DNA of 64,000 nt from assembly GCA_963835535.1 (NCBI GenBank), contig CAWIFL010000002.1, positions 582,405 to 646,404 of the forward strand, read 5' to 3'. The stretch comes from an uncultured Gemmatimonadales bacterium. Its GTDB lineage: Bacteria > Gemmatimonadota > Gemmatimonadetes > Gemmatimonadales > JACORV01. Shown here piece by piece: positions 52,495-62,360 of the stretch (position 1 is its first letter; every line of letters begins with the position of its first letter). The notes beneath the pieces were generated by a model. That model was given only the letters and a program-made list of their open reading frames with translations. It was not told the origin of the DNA and searched no databases. The position numbers and the translations under genes are program-made.

Positions 52495-53585
52495 CGAACG
52501 GCGTCCTGTTCGTTCCCGACCTCGCGCTGGAGCGGTGGGCCAGCATGGAGCGGTATGCCGAGGAGATCGCTCGCCGCCTGAGCGTCGTGGTCCCGAGCGA
52601 GGCGGCCACCATGAGGGGGCCCCGCTATGTGGCGCGCTACCTCCTCTACCCCCGCCGCCTCGCGCGCTACCATCCCCGGGCGGTCCACGTCGCGGATCAC
52701 GCGTACGCCCACTGCCTTCGCGGCTTCCCGGGCATCCCGTCCGTCGTGACCATCCACGACCTCTACCCGGTCCATGCGCTCGCGGCGCGCGGGCGGTCGC
52801 CGCGCGCCGGCCTGCGCAACGCGCTGCTCGCGCATACGCTCCGCTGGCTGCGGCAGGCATCGCGCTGGATCGCGGTCAGCGACTTCACCGCGGGCGAGGC
52901 CATGCGGCTGCTGGCGCTCCCGGCGGAGCGCGTGACCGTCATCCACTCGGGAGTGGACGCCGCGTTTGCCGCCGTTCCGGAGAGCGCCGCGGTGGCGGCG
53001 CTGAGGCGCGCGTGGCTGGGCCGGATGCACGGCGTCGTCGAGGGGGGCACTCGGGTGGTCCTGCACGTCGGCTCCTGCGTGCCGCGCAAGCGGGTGGAAG
53101 TGGCGATCGGCGCCGTGGGCGAGCTGTGCCGCGCCGGGGTGGACGCCGCACTGGTCCAGATCGGCGGGCGGTTCGGCGCGGAGCACCGCCGCGCGGCCGC
53201 CGCCGCCGGCGTCGGGGACCGCGTGCTGGAGTGCGGCGCCGTGGACGAGGCGACGCTGCGACTCGCCTACCACGCCGCCGACGCGCTCGCCCTCCCGTCC
53301 AGCTACGAAGGATTCGGTTTCCCCGCGCTCGAGGCGCTGGCGGCCGGCCTGCCGGTGGCCACCAGCGGAGCCGGTGGGCTCGCGGAGGCCGTCGGCGAGG
53401 CCGGTCTGCTGGTCGAGCCCTGCACGCCGCGCGCTCTGGCGGACGCGCTGGCCCGCCTCCTGACCGATGCCGCCCTCCGCGATGGGCTCGTCGCCGCAGG
53501 CCGCGCACGGGCGAAGCTGCGCACGTGGGACCGCACGGCCGCCGCGGTGCGCGAGGTCTACGCGGCCCTTGGAGCGGCCGCGTGA
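52488..53585 (+). CDS. GT4-family glycosyltransferase
   Basis: ATG 52488 (7-nt overlap with the previous gene): PSSYEGFGFPALEALAAGLPV. Confidence 0.85.
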   Translation: MVTNGVLFVPDLALERWASMERYAEEIARRLSVVVPSEAATMRGPRYVARYLLYPRRLARYHPRAVHVADHAYAHCLRGFPGIPSVVTIHDLYPVHALAARGRSPRAGLRNALLAHTLRWLRQASRWIAVSDFTAGEAMRLLALPAERVTVIHSGVDAAFAAVPESAAVAALRRAWLGRMHGVVEGGTRVVLHVGSCVPRKRVEVAIGAVGELCRAGVDAALVQIGGRFGAEHRRAAAAAGVGDRVLECGAVDEATLRLAYHAADALALPSSYEGFGFPALEALAAGLPVATSGAGGLAEAVGEAGLLVEPCTPRALADALARLLTDAALRDGLVAAGRARAKLRTWDRTAAAVREVYAALGAAA

Positions 53586-54118
53586 CGGCCCCGCTCACGG
53601 ACCCGACCTCCCTCAACCTGGGGGCCGGCGCCGCCGGGCACCTGCCGGGGGCGGTGCGGCTCGATCGCGCCCGCGGGACCCGTCCTCACGTGGTCGCCGA
53701 TCTCGACCACCCACTGCCCTTCCGGGACGCCAGCTTCGCGACGGTCGGGGCCTTCGACGTCGTGGAGCACGTGGCTGACCTCGTGGCCTTGTTCGAGGAG
53801 GTGCACCGCGTGCTGCGGCCCGGCGGCCGGTTCGTCCTCACCACGCCCCACTACTCGAGTGCCAACGCGCACACCGACCCCACGCACCGCCGGTCGCTCG
53901 GCCTGCGGTCGTTCGACTACTTCACCGTCGGCCACCCGCTCGCGTTCTATTCTCGCGCGCGGTTCCGGAAGGCCGCGGTCACGCTCCACTTCAAGGGCGC
54001 GCTCCTCGGCCGGCTCCTGTTCCACCTGGCGCGCCGGTGGCCGGCGTGGTACGAAGAGCGTCTCGCCTGGATCTTCCCGGCGTGGTTCCTCTATGCCGAG
54101 CTGGAGGCGGAGAAGTGA
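53582..54118 (+). CDS. SAM-dependent methyltransferase (type 11-like)
   Basis: GTG 53582 (GTGA overlap) gives 178 aa: FDVVEHVADL, LRPGGRFVLTTPH. Confidence 0.75.
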   Translation: MTAPLTDPTSLNLGAGAAGHLPGAVRLDRARGTRPHVVADLDHPLPFRDASFATVGAFDVVEHVADLVALFEEVHRVLRPGGRFVLTTPHYSSANAHTDPTHRRSLGLRSFDYFTVGHPLAFYSRARFRKAAVTLHFKGALLGRLLFHLARRWPAWYEERLAWIFPAWFLYAELEAEK

Positions 54119-55317
54119 GCGAGGTCGCGGCACCCGTGCGGGTCGCGTGCGTCTCGGTGAGCGCCGCTCTGGGCGGATCGGAGCGGGTGCTGCTCGAGTT
54201 CGCCGCGCGGGCCGCGCGCTACGGCATCGAGCCGACGGTCGTGCTGCCCAAGGACGGCCCGCTCGCCGAGGCGCTGGGGACGGCGGGCGTCGCGGTCGCC
54301 GTCGCACCCGCATCGGAGGGGTTCCTCGCGCTGTCGCAGCGCACGCGCGGCGCGCCCGACGTCTGGGAGCTGGTCCGCGGACTGCGGGACTGGGCGCGCG
54401 CCATCCGCGCGCAGCTTCCCGCCGGCACCCGGGTGCTCTACTCCAACGGCTTCAAGGCCCACCTCGCGTGCGCCGGCATTCCGGGGTATCGCCGCATCTG
54501 GCACCTGCACGAGTTTCCGCCGGAGCGAACCGGCCCGATCTGGCCGCTGCTCGCGGCCGCGCTGTCCCACCGCACCATCGCGGTCTCCGAGGCCGTCGCC
54601 CACGCCTGGCGCGTGCCGCGCCTCCTGACGCCCACGGTGGTGCTGAACGGCGTGGACCTCGAGTTGTTCCGCCCCGCCGAGCGCACCTTCTGGGTTCACG
54701 ACGCGCTCGCCGTGCCGCGCGCCGCCAGGCTCATCGGGATGCCGGCGGTCTTCGCGAAGTGGAAAGGCCAGCTTCTCGTGGTCGAGGCGTTCGAGCGCGC
54801 CGCATCCCAGCTCCCCGACGTCCACCTCGTCATCGTGGGCGGGGCGATCTACGACACGGCGGCCGAGCGGGGCTACGCGGAGCAGCTGGTGCGCCGCGTG
54901 TCGCGCGCCTCCCAGGGCGGCGCCGCCGCGCCGCGCCCGCTCAACGACCGGATCCACTTTCTCAAGTTCCAGCCCGATCCGTGGCGGCTCTACCCCGAGT
55001 TCGATCTGGTGGTGCACTACTCCACCAGGCCCGAGCCGTTCGGCCGCGTCGTGCTCGAGGCGCTCGCGTGCGGGATACCGGTGCTCGCGGCGCAGGCGGG
55101 TGGCCCCCTGGAGATCGTGGAGGCGGGACGGTCGGGCTGGCTGGTGCCGCCGAACGACCCCGCCGCGCTGGCCGGCGCGATGATCCGGGCCGCCGGCGCG
55201 GATCTCGCGCCGCTCAGGGAGGCCGCCCGGCGCCGGGCGGAGAGCCGCTTCTCGGCGGACCGCCACGCCGAGGAGGTGGCACGACTCCTCCGCACCGTGG
55301 CGTCCGGCAATGGCTGA
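54115..55317 (+). CDS. GT4-family glycosyltransferase
   Basis: GTG 54115 (GTGA overlap): STRPEPFGRVVLEALACGIPVL. Confidence 0.85.
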   Translation: MSEVAAPVRVACVSVSAALGGSERVLLEFAARAARYGIEPTVVLPKDGPLAEALGTAGVAVAVAPASEGFLALSQRTRGAPDVWELVRGLRDWARAIRAQLPAGTRVLYSNGFKAHLACAGIPGYRRIWHLHEFPPERTGPIWPLLAAALSHRTIAVSEAVAHAWRVPRLLTPTVVLNGVDLELFRPAERTFWVHDALAVPRAARLIGMPAVFAKWKGQLLVVEAFERAASQLPDVHLVIVGGAIYDTAAERGYAEQLVRRVSRASQGGAAAPRPLNDRIHFLKFQPDPWRLYPEFDLVVHYSTRPEPFGRVVLEALACGIPVLAAQAGGPLEIVEAGRSGWLVPPNDPAALAGAMIRAAGADLAPLREAARRRAESRFSADRHAEEVARLLRTVASGNG

Positions 55318-56419
55318 CCGTCACGCGGCGCCGCGCGTCACGCACGTCGTGCCGGCGCTGTTCGACCGCGCGGCCGGCGTGATCGGCGGCGCTGAGCGCT
55401 ACGCGTTCGAGCTGGCCCGCTACATGGCTTCCCGCGTTCCGACCACCCTGCTCGCTTTCGGCGACGCCGCCCGGGAGGAAACGGACGGCCCCCTCCGCGT
55501 GCGCGTGCTCGGCCCGGCGCGCTACGTCCGCGGGCAGCGCGCCAATCCGTTCACGCTCTCCCTGTTCGGCGAGCTGCGGCGCGCCGACGTCGTTCACTGC
55601 CACCAGCAGCACATTGTGGCCAGCTCGGCCGCGGCGCTGTTCGGCCGGTGCACCGGCCGCCGCGTCTTCGTGAGCAATCTCGGCGGCGGCGGCTGGGACG
55701 TCTCCGGCTACGTCTCCACTGACCGCTGGTACGCAGGCCACCTGCACATCAGCGAGTACAGCCGGCGCCTCGCCGGCCACGAGGGCAAGCCGTGGGCCCG
55801 CGTGATCCTGGGCGGCGTGGACCTGGAGAAGTTCTCTCCCGAAGCTGCCGCGGCGCGCTCCCGCGCCGTCGCCTTCGTCGGGCGCCTTCTGCCCCATAAG
55901 GGCGTGGACGTGCTCGTACGGGCCCTGCCGCCGGGCGTCGCCGCCGAAGTCGTGGGCCCGGCACCCGACGCGCGCTATCGGGCCGATCTGGGCCGCCTGG
56001 CGGCGGGCAAGCCGGTGCGATTCCGCGGGGCCTGCGACGACGAGGAGCTGGTGGAGGTGTATCGCTCGGCGCTGTGCGTCGCCCTGCCGAGCGTCTACCG
56101 CTCGATGTACGGGCAGGAAACACGGGCGCCGGAACTGCTCGGCCAGACCCTTCTGGAGGCGATGGCGTGCGGGACGCCGGTCCTCGGCACCACGGTGGCG
56201 AGCATCCCCGAGGTCATCGAGGACGGTGTCACGGGGTTCCTCGTCCCGCCCGGCGACGCGGAGGCGCTTGGCGCCAGGATCGCCTGGCTGGCCGCGCATC
56301 CGGCGGACGCGGCGCGGATGGGCGAGGCGGCGCGCCGGCGCGCCGTCGAGCGCTTCGACTGGATGCGGGTCGTGGACCGCTGCCTCGAGGCGTACGCGGC
56401 GCCCCACGGAGCCGGCTGA
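55310..56419 (+). CDS. GT4-family glycosyltransferase
   Basis: 369 aa: APELLGQTLLEAMACGTPVL, GFLVPPGD. Confidence 0.85.
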   Translation: MADRHAAPRVTHVVPALFDRAAGVIGGAERYAFELARYMASRVPTTLLAFGDAAREETDGPLRVRVLGPARYVRGQRANPFTLSLFGELRRADVVHCHQQHIVASSAAALFGRCTGRRVFVSNLGGGGWDVSGYVSTDRWYAGHLHISEYSRRLAGHEGKPWARVILGGVDLEKFSPEAAAARSRAVAFVGRLLPHKGVDVLVRALPPGVAAEVVGPAPDARYRADLGRLAAGKPVRFRGACDDEELVEVYRSALCVALPSVYRSMYGQETRAPELLGQTLLEAMACGTPVLGTTVASIPEVIEDGVTGFLVPPGDAEALGARIAWLAAHPADAARMGEAARRRAVERFDWMRVVDRCLEAYAAPHGAG

Positions 56420-56425
56420 ACCGCC

Positions 56426-57541
56426 ATGCGCATCGTGCTGGCCTCGTTCGTCGCCGACGATCCCGACACCGGAATGGGAAGGTGGCAGCACCGGATCGCC
56501 GCCGCGCTGCGAGCCATGGGGCACGACACCACGATCTGGTTCGCGGAGGACTTTCCCGCCGTCGGTCGAACGGGCCGCTTTGCGTTCCTCACGTATCCGC
56601 CCGCGGTCGCGCTGCGGCTGGTCCGCCGCCGCGGGGATTTCGACGCGGTGGTGCTGCACGAGCCGGCGGGTCTCTGGTACGGCCTGGCGCGGCGCGTCCG
56701 GCCCGCGCTGCCGCCGCTGGTCGCGATGTGTCACAACGTGGAAGCCAAGGTTCACGACGTGATGCGGGCGGCTGAGCGGCGCGGCCTCGCCGCGCGACGA
56801 CCGTGGACGGCGATCAGCACCCGCCTGCTGCGCCTGCCGCAGTCGCGCGCCGCGATCCGGCGCGCCGACCACGTGGTGTGCCTCTCCAGTGAGGATGAGC
56901 GCTACATCGCCGAGGCGCTTCGGGTCGCGCCGGCGCGCATCACCCGGCTCACGAACGGCCTCGCGGCCGGCGAGGCGGGTGGCGGCCGCGAGCCGCCGTC
57001 CGGCCGCCGCGTGCTGTTCGTCGGCGGCTGGCTGGACGTGAAGGGGCGCAGACTCCTCCCGCCGCTGTGGCGCGCGGTGCGCTGCGCGCTGCCCGACGCG
57101 TCGCTCACCCTGGTGGGCGTCCACGACGCGGGGGCGGCGGTGGCGTCGGAGTTCGCCCCGGAGGATCGGGCCGATCTCGTGTGCATTCCGGTCGTCCGGG
57201 ACGGCGCGGAAATGCGCCGGCTCTTCGCGGAGCACGACGCGCTGATCGTGCCGTCGCTCTCCGAGGGGAGCCCGCTCACCGTGCTCGAGGCGATGGGCGC
57301 CGGCCTTCCCGTCGTGGCCGCGGCCGTCGGCGGCATTCCGGACATCGCCGCCGACGGGAGCGAGGCGTTGCTGTTCCGGCCGATGGACGCGGCCGACGGC
57401 GCCGCGAAGCTGATCCGACTCCTCGGCGACCCGGCCCTGGCGGGGCGTCTGAGCGCCGCCGCCGCCGCGCGCGTCCGAGGCTTCACCTGGGAGGCCGCGG
57501 CCCGCGCCCTGGTCCGCGCCATCGAACGGACGCGCGCGTGA
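56426..57541 (+). CDS. GT4-family glycosyltransferase
   Basis: 371 aa: PSLSEGSPLTVLEAMGAGLPVV. Confidence 0.85.
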   Translation: MRIVLASFVADDPDTGMGRWQHRIAAALRAMGHDTTIWFAEDFPAVGRTGRFAFLTYPPAVALRLVRRRGDFDAVVLHEPAGLWYGLARRVRPALPPLVAMCHNVEAKVHDVMRAAERRGLAARRPWTAISTRLLRLPQSRAAIRRADHVVCLSSEDERYIAEALRVAPARITRLTNGLAAGEAGGGREPPSGRRVLFVGGWLDVKGRRLLPPLWRAVRCALPDASLTLVGVHDAGAAVASEFAPEDRADLVCIPVVRDGAEMRRLFAEHDALIVPSLSEGSPLTVLEAMGAGLPVVAAAVGGIPDIAADGSEALLFRPMDAADGAAKLIRLLGDPALAGRLSAAAAARVRGFTWEAAARALVRAIERTRA

Positions 57542-58674
57542 GGCTGTGCTTCGTCGTGGAGAGCGGCACGGACGTGCGCATGGTCGAGGGGCTCGCGGAG
57601 CGCTGCGATCTGACCGTCGTCGCCCGCCGGATCCGGGGCGGAGTGGAAATCAGCCGGGAGCCGACGCGCCCGGTGCGCCTGACCGTCGGCTCCGCGTCCC
57701 GGTCCCGCTTCGCCGCCGGCGTGTTCAGCACCATCTGCTTCGGCCGCATGCGATTCGACCAGGTGCTCGTGCAGGGGTACGGGCCCGCGGCGCTCGCCGC
57801 GAACCTCGCGGGCCGCCTGACGCGCACGCCGGTGACGATGCTGGTGTGCAGTCCGGTCGAGAGCTACTACCGCTGCCGCCGGGCGCACGCCGAGCCGGGC
57901 AAGCCATTCCGGGCCTGGGAGCTGCGCACGCTGACCGGGCTCGCCCGGCTCAACGCCCTCGTGGGCGGGCGCTATGTGGTGGTGAGCGAGTATCTGGCCG
58001 GCGTCGTGCGCTCGCACGGGGGTCGGCGGCCGGTCCACGTGGTGCCGGTCTACGGGGTCGACATGGACGTGTTCAGGCCGGCATCAGCGCCGAAGGAGGA
58101 GCTGCGTCGCCGCCTGGGCATCGGCACGGGCGGCTCCCTGATCTTCTTCAGCAGCCGCGTGAGCCCCGAGAAGGACAGCGACACGCTGCTCGATGCGCTG
58201 GCGCTGCTGCGCCAGGAGGGGCGCGACGTGCGGCTGCTGCACCGCAGCGGCGGCCACCGCGCCCTGCAGGCGCTCGCCGCCGCGCACGGACTCGCGGACG
58301 CGGTCCTCGCGACCGACGCAGTGCATCCCGAACGGGAGCTGCCGTTGTCCTATCAGGCGTCGGATCTGTGCGTGCAGGCGAGTCGCGACGAGGGGCTGGG
58401 GTTTTCCCCGCTCGAGGCGCTCGCGTGCGAGGTGCCCGTGGTCGCGACCGCGGTGGGGGGCCTGCGGGAGACGATCGTCGAGGGCGAAACCGGGTGGAGC
58501 GTTCCCGCGGGCGACGCGGCTGCACTGGCCCGCGCCATCGCCGACGCCCTCGACCATCCGGAGCAAGCGCGCCGGCGCGCCGCGGCCGGTCGCGCGATGG
58601 TGGCGCGACGCTTCGAGCGGCGCGCCGTGTTCGACCGCCTCTTCGAGGTGTGGGCCGCCGCGCGGCCCGGCTAG
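57538..58674 (+). CDS. GT4-family glycosyltransferase
   Basis: GTG 57538 (GTGA overlap): ASRDEGLGFSPLEALACEVPVV. Its TAG stop shares the palindrome CTAG (58671-58674) with the convergent gene's stop. Confidence 0.85.
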   Translation: MRLCFVVESGTDVRMVEGLAERCDLTVVARRIRGGVEISREPTRPVRLTVGSASRSRFAAGVFSTICFGRMRFDQVLVQGYGPAALAANLAGRLTRTPVTMLVCSPVESYYRCRRAHAEPGKPFRAWELRTLTGLARLNALVGGRYVVVSEYLAGVVRSHGGRRPVHVVPVYGVDMDVFRPASAPKEELRRRLGIGTGGSLIFFSSRVSPEKDSDTLLDALALLRQEGRDVRLLHRSGGHRALQALAAAHGLADAVLATDAVHPERELPLSYQASDLCVQASRDEGLGFSPLEALACEVPVVATAVGGLRETIVEGETGWSVPAGDAAALARAIADALDHPEQARRRAAAGRAMVARRFERRAVFDRLFEVWAAARPG

Positions 58675-59759
58675 GGCGTTCCCTCGCCCGCGACGCGCCG
58701 GTAGACCTCCAGCGTCCGGGCGGCGATGCGATCCCACCCCAGCTCCGCGACCGCCTGCCTCGCAGCCCTGCCCATCGCCATTCGGCCGGTCTCGTCCGCG
58801 AGGACGGAGTCCGCGGCCGCGGCGAAGGCGGGGGCGTCGCGCGGATCCGCGATGACGCGTCCGGAGACGCCCTCCCGGATCAACTCGGCGGCCCCGGCGG
58901 CCGCGCTGGTCACGACCGGAACTCCGCAGGCCATCGCTTCGGCGATGACCATCCCGAACGGCTCGTAGCGCGTGGGAAAGAGAAACAGGTCCGCATCCGC
59001 CATCACCGCGGCGATTCCGCCGCGGGGCGGCTCCAGCCGCACGCGGTCCCCGACGCCGGCCCGCGCCGCCTGGCGGCGGAACGCCGCCCGGTCGCCATCG
59101 CCGACCGCCACCAGCTCCGCATCGCACCTCATCGCGGCGAGCGCCGCGATGGCGGTTTCGAGCCCCTTCCGCCCGTAGGCGCCTACGAACAGGATCCGCC
59201 GCCGCCGGCCGGCCTCCCGGGCTCCTCCGCTTCGGGGAGCGAAGGTCTCGAGGTCCACCCCGTTCGGAATGACCGTGAGCGGCGCGGCCAGGGGGCCGTA
59301 GTGGCGCTCCAGCTCGGCAGCGGTGCGCGCCGACACGGCGATGACCGCCGCCAGACGCGGGTGGCGGTAGGCCCGACGCTCGTCGCGCACCGCCTGCAGG
59401 CTCACCAGCCGCTGATAGGCCGACCGCGGCCCGCCCTGGGCACGCCACGCCGCGTGGCAGAACGGCGCGGTGATGACCGAGGCGCCGGGGAGCGCGCCGC
59501 CGATGCCGTGGACGACGTCGCAGCCGAGGGGCGCGACGGCGCGCGCCGCCGCGCGGCGGAACAGGGGCGCGGCCAGCAGCAGCGGGCGACGCGGCACGGC
59601 GAGCCGATGCACCCGCACCGCCGCGGGAAGCGGACCCTCGACGCGCGCCGCGATGATGTGCACCTCACAGGTGCCGGCGAGGTGGCGCGCCAACTCCAGC
59701 ACGTAGCGATCCTGGCCCCCGGTCGCTCGCACCTGGTGTACCGCGAGCGCGACCCTCAC
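58671..59759 (-). CDS. GT4-family glycosyltransferase
   Basis: 362 aa with a GTG start (GTGA overlap with the upstream stop): PTRYEPFGMVIAEAMACGVPVV. Confidence 0.85.
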   Translation of the reverse strand: MRVALAVHQVRATGGQDRYVLELARHLAGTCEVHIIAARVEGPLPAAVRVHRLAVPRRPLLLAAPLFRRAAARAVAPLGCDVVHGIGGALPGASVITAPFCHAAWRAQGGPRSAYQRLVSLQAVRDERRAYRHPRLAAVIAVSARTAAELERHYGPLAAPLTVIPNGVDLETFAPRSGGAREAGRRRRILFVGAYGRKGLETAIAALAAMRCDAELVAVGDGDRAAFRRQAARAGVGDRVRLEPPRGGIAAVMADADLFLFPTRYEPFGMVIAEAMACGVPVVTSAAAGAAELIREGVSGRVIADPRDAPAFAAAADSVLADETGRMAMGRAARQAVAELGWDRIAARTLEVYRRVAGEGTP

Positions 59760-60889
59760 CGCCGCACGACCGCCCGGTACAGCGCCTCCACGCTGCGCGT
59801 CATGCGCGTCACGTCGAACCGCTCGCGCACCGTCCGCTCCCCCGCCGCGGCCAGCACGGCGCGGCGCGGCGGATCGTCACACAGGTCGAGCAGGGCCACC
59901 GCCAGCGCTTCGTGGTCCCCCGGCGGCACCAGCAGGCCGTCGGAGCCGTGTCGCACGATCTCCCGGGCGCCCCCGCCGTCGGCCGCCACCAATGCCGTGC
60001 CCGCGGCCATGGCCTCGATCAGCACCAGGCCGAACGGCTCCGGGTGCACCGAGGCGTGCACGGCCACGTCGAGCCCCGCGAGGCAGTCCGGGACGTCGTC
60101 GCGGTGGCCCGTAAAGACGGTCTGCCCGGCGATGCCGAGCTGCTGGGCCAGGCGGCGCAGCTCGGCCTCGAAGTCCTTTTCGAGCCCGAACAGCGACCCG
60201 CCGATCACGAAGAGGCGCGAGTGCGGCCGCGCGCGGATCAGGGATGCCGCCGCGCGCAGCACCACGTCCTGCCCCTTCCAGCGCTGCAGGCGACCCACGA
60301 TCCCGACGGCGAACTCTCCCTCCCCGACGCCGAGCGCGGCGCGGCCCCGCTGCCGCCGCAGCGCGCGGGGCTCCGTCGGCAGACGAGTGCCCAGATGGAT
60401 CACGGCAATCGGTCGCCGCAACGGATTCAACCGCCGCTGGGCCGCGGCGGTGAAATGCGAGTTGGCGATGATCGTGTTGGTCTTCACGAGGGCGGCCCAG
60501 AGATCGAGCGGACGGAGAGCCGGAATGACCTGCTGGAACCACACGCTCGGTCGTCGCGCACGACGGGCCGCACGCCCGCCGTAGACGTGCCCCCACGCCA
60601 TCGAGCTGTTCACGAGGTCCACCTGCTGGGCGACGATCAGATTGGCCAGGGCGCCGACCACACGGCGCGCCTTGAGGGGCCGCCTGAGGCGCGGCGCCAC
60701 GAGCAGCGACGTCTGTATGCCCAGCTCGTCCCGGCACCGCGCCACGAGCGGACCGTCGCGCAGGAAGCAGATCGACGGCTCGACGGCCGCCCGGTCGTGC
60801 AGCGCCAGCAGATCCAGGATCGTCCGCTCCGCCCCGCCGAGTTCGGCGAAGGGGGACACGTAGAGCACGCGCAGCGCGCCGCTACGCAC
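59756..60889 (-). CDS. GT4-family glycosyltransferase
   Basis: 377 aa: ASVHPEPFGLVLIEAMAAGTALV. Confidence 0.85.
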   Translation of the reverse strand: MRSGALRVLYVSPFAELGGAERTILDLLALHDRAAVEPSICFLRDGPLVARCRDELGIQTSLLVAPRLRRPLKARRVVGALANLIVAQQVDLVNSSMAWGHVYGGRAARRARRPSVWFQQVIPALRPLDLWAALVKTNTIIANSHFTAAAQRRLNPLRRPIAVIHLGTRLPTEPRALRRQRGRAALGVGEGEFAVGIVGRLQRWKGQDVVLRAAASLIRARPHSRLFVIGGSLFGLEKDFEAELRRLAQQLGIAGQTVFTGHRDDVPDCLAGLDVAVHASVHPEPFGLVLIEAMAAGTALVAADGGGAREIVRHGSDGLLVPPGDHEALAVALLDLCDDPPRRAVLAAAGERTVRERFDVTRMTRSVEALYRAVVRR

Positions 60890-62354
60890 GCTGCGGCACG
60901 AGCTGCTGAGGCGCCGTGGCAGCCGCCGCTTCCCGGTCCATGCGCAGCACGGCCGCGTACAGCCCCGCGAACATCCAGAAGTACGCCGTGATCGGGTTGC
61001 TCATGAGCGGTTGCGACCCCCACGACATGACCAGGAAGGCGAAGAACAGTCCGGCGATGGACGCGCACACGTCCACGTAGAGCGGATCGGAGACGCGCGC
61101 GGCGAGCCGCATCGCCCCCACCATCAGCCCGATCAGCACCGTCACCATCATGATCACTCCCGGCAACCCCGTCTCCGTGATCATGTCGGCGAAGTAGTTG
61201 TCGGACCACCCGACCTCCTCCTCGATGCGGGCGCTCGCCGGATCCGCCGTCAGCTGCGCGGTCATGTTCCCCCCCACGGGCCCGGTCCGCCCCAGACCCG
61301 CCCCGAACGGGTAGTGCTCGATGCGGAACATGACCCGTCCCAATGCCCCCGAGCGAGCGGTGGACAGCGTGCCGAGCTGGGTCAGCGACTTGAGGCGGTC
61401 CGTGACGTCCTGCTGGCGCCAGATGGTCAGCGACCGGGGATCGCTGATCACCGCCTCGCGGGAGATCGGCTCCAGGACTTCCGTGACCGCCACGAAGCCG
61501 CCGACGCCCAGCACCGCCACCGCCAGCAGCGTGACCACCCCTCGCCCCCCGCGCCGGCCCATCGCGATCGCGGCCATCGCCAGGACGGCGAGCAGCGCGC
61601 CGACGTCCAGCGACCGGATCCCTGATGCGATGAACGTCCCGACCGCACCCAGGATGGAGACCACCGCCAGGAGCCGCGCGCGCCCCGACACGCCGGGGGC
61701 ACGCAACAGGGCGATGGCCGCGGGCGTGGCCAGCAGGGCGAACACCGCCGCACCGCCGGGGACGTTGCTCGTGCCGAAGGGCCGCCACTCGTGATACGCG
61801 CTGATGCGGGCCCAGTAACGCTCCGAGAGGTCGAGCACGCTGGACGGGCCGAGGGCGTATTGCAGCAGCGCGGCGGCGAACGGCACCAGCGAGATCGCGG
61901 TGAGCGCCACCAGCAGGCGGACCACGTCCTTCCGCGTGCGCACCAGCATCGCCGTCATGAGGTACAGGGGGATCATCGTCAGGTGCATCTTGAACGAGGC
62001 GACGCTGACGTAGAGGCCGGCGCTCAGCGGATGGAACACGAGCAGCAGCACCCACGCCACGAACAACGCCACCACCCGGATCCACGGCAGGTCGGGGAGC
62101 CGCGCCCGGTGCTGGGCGATCGCGCCGGCCAGCCAGTAGGCGGCCACCGTGAGGACGATGAGGTCGATGCCGACGTGGACGATGGGATTGTTGTTGGAGA
62201 TGAGCTTCAGCGTGCCTTCGATGGCCAGGTAGGCGAAGATCACCACCAGGACGAGCAGCCGCCGGCCCAGCCACAGGCACAACGCCGACAGCAGGATCGG
62301 GATGAGCGCGTACTCCACGCCAACAATATCAGCGCCGCCACGGCGCGACGCCAC
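60882..62354 (-). CDS. wzy: O-antigen ligase/polymerase-family membrane protein (Wzy-like)
   Basis: 490 aa with about 11-12 TM helices and a large loop between late helices, as in the Wzy_C/O-antigen ligase family. The start could be the internal GTG at 62318. Confidence 0.72.
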   Translation of the reverse strand: MASRRGGADIVGVEYALIPILLSALCLWLGRRLLVLVVIFAYLAIEGTLKLISNNNPIVHVGIDLIVLTVAAYWLAGAIAQHRARLPDLPWIRVVALFVAWVLLLVFHPLSAGLYVSVASFKMHLTMIPLYLMTAMLVRTRKDVVRLLVALTAISLVPFAAALLQYALGPSSVLDLSERYWARISAYHEWRPFGTSNVPGGAAVFALLATPAAIALLRAPGVSGRARLLAVVSILGAVGTFIASGIRSLDVGALLAVLAMAAIAMGRRGGRGVVTLLAVAVLGVGGFVAVTEVLEPISREAVISDPRSLTIWRQQDVTDRLKSLTQLGTLSTARSGALGRVMFRIEHYPFGAGLGRTGPVGGNMTAQLTADPASARIEEEVGWSDNYFADMITETGLPGVIMMVTVLIGLMVGAMRLAARVSDPLYVDVCASIAGLFFAFLVMSWGSQPLMSNPITAYFWMFAGLYAAVLRMDREAAAATAPQQLVPQRA

Positions 62355-62360
62355 AGCGGA

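Noticed and set aside
58671-58674. Convergent GT4 genes sharing the palindrome CTAG as both stop codons.
   Set aside because: It is real in the sequence but is a simple consequence of TAG being self-overlapping in a palindrome. There is no evidence of function.
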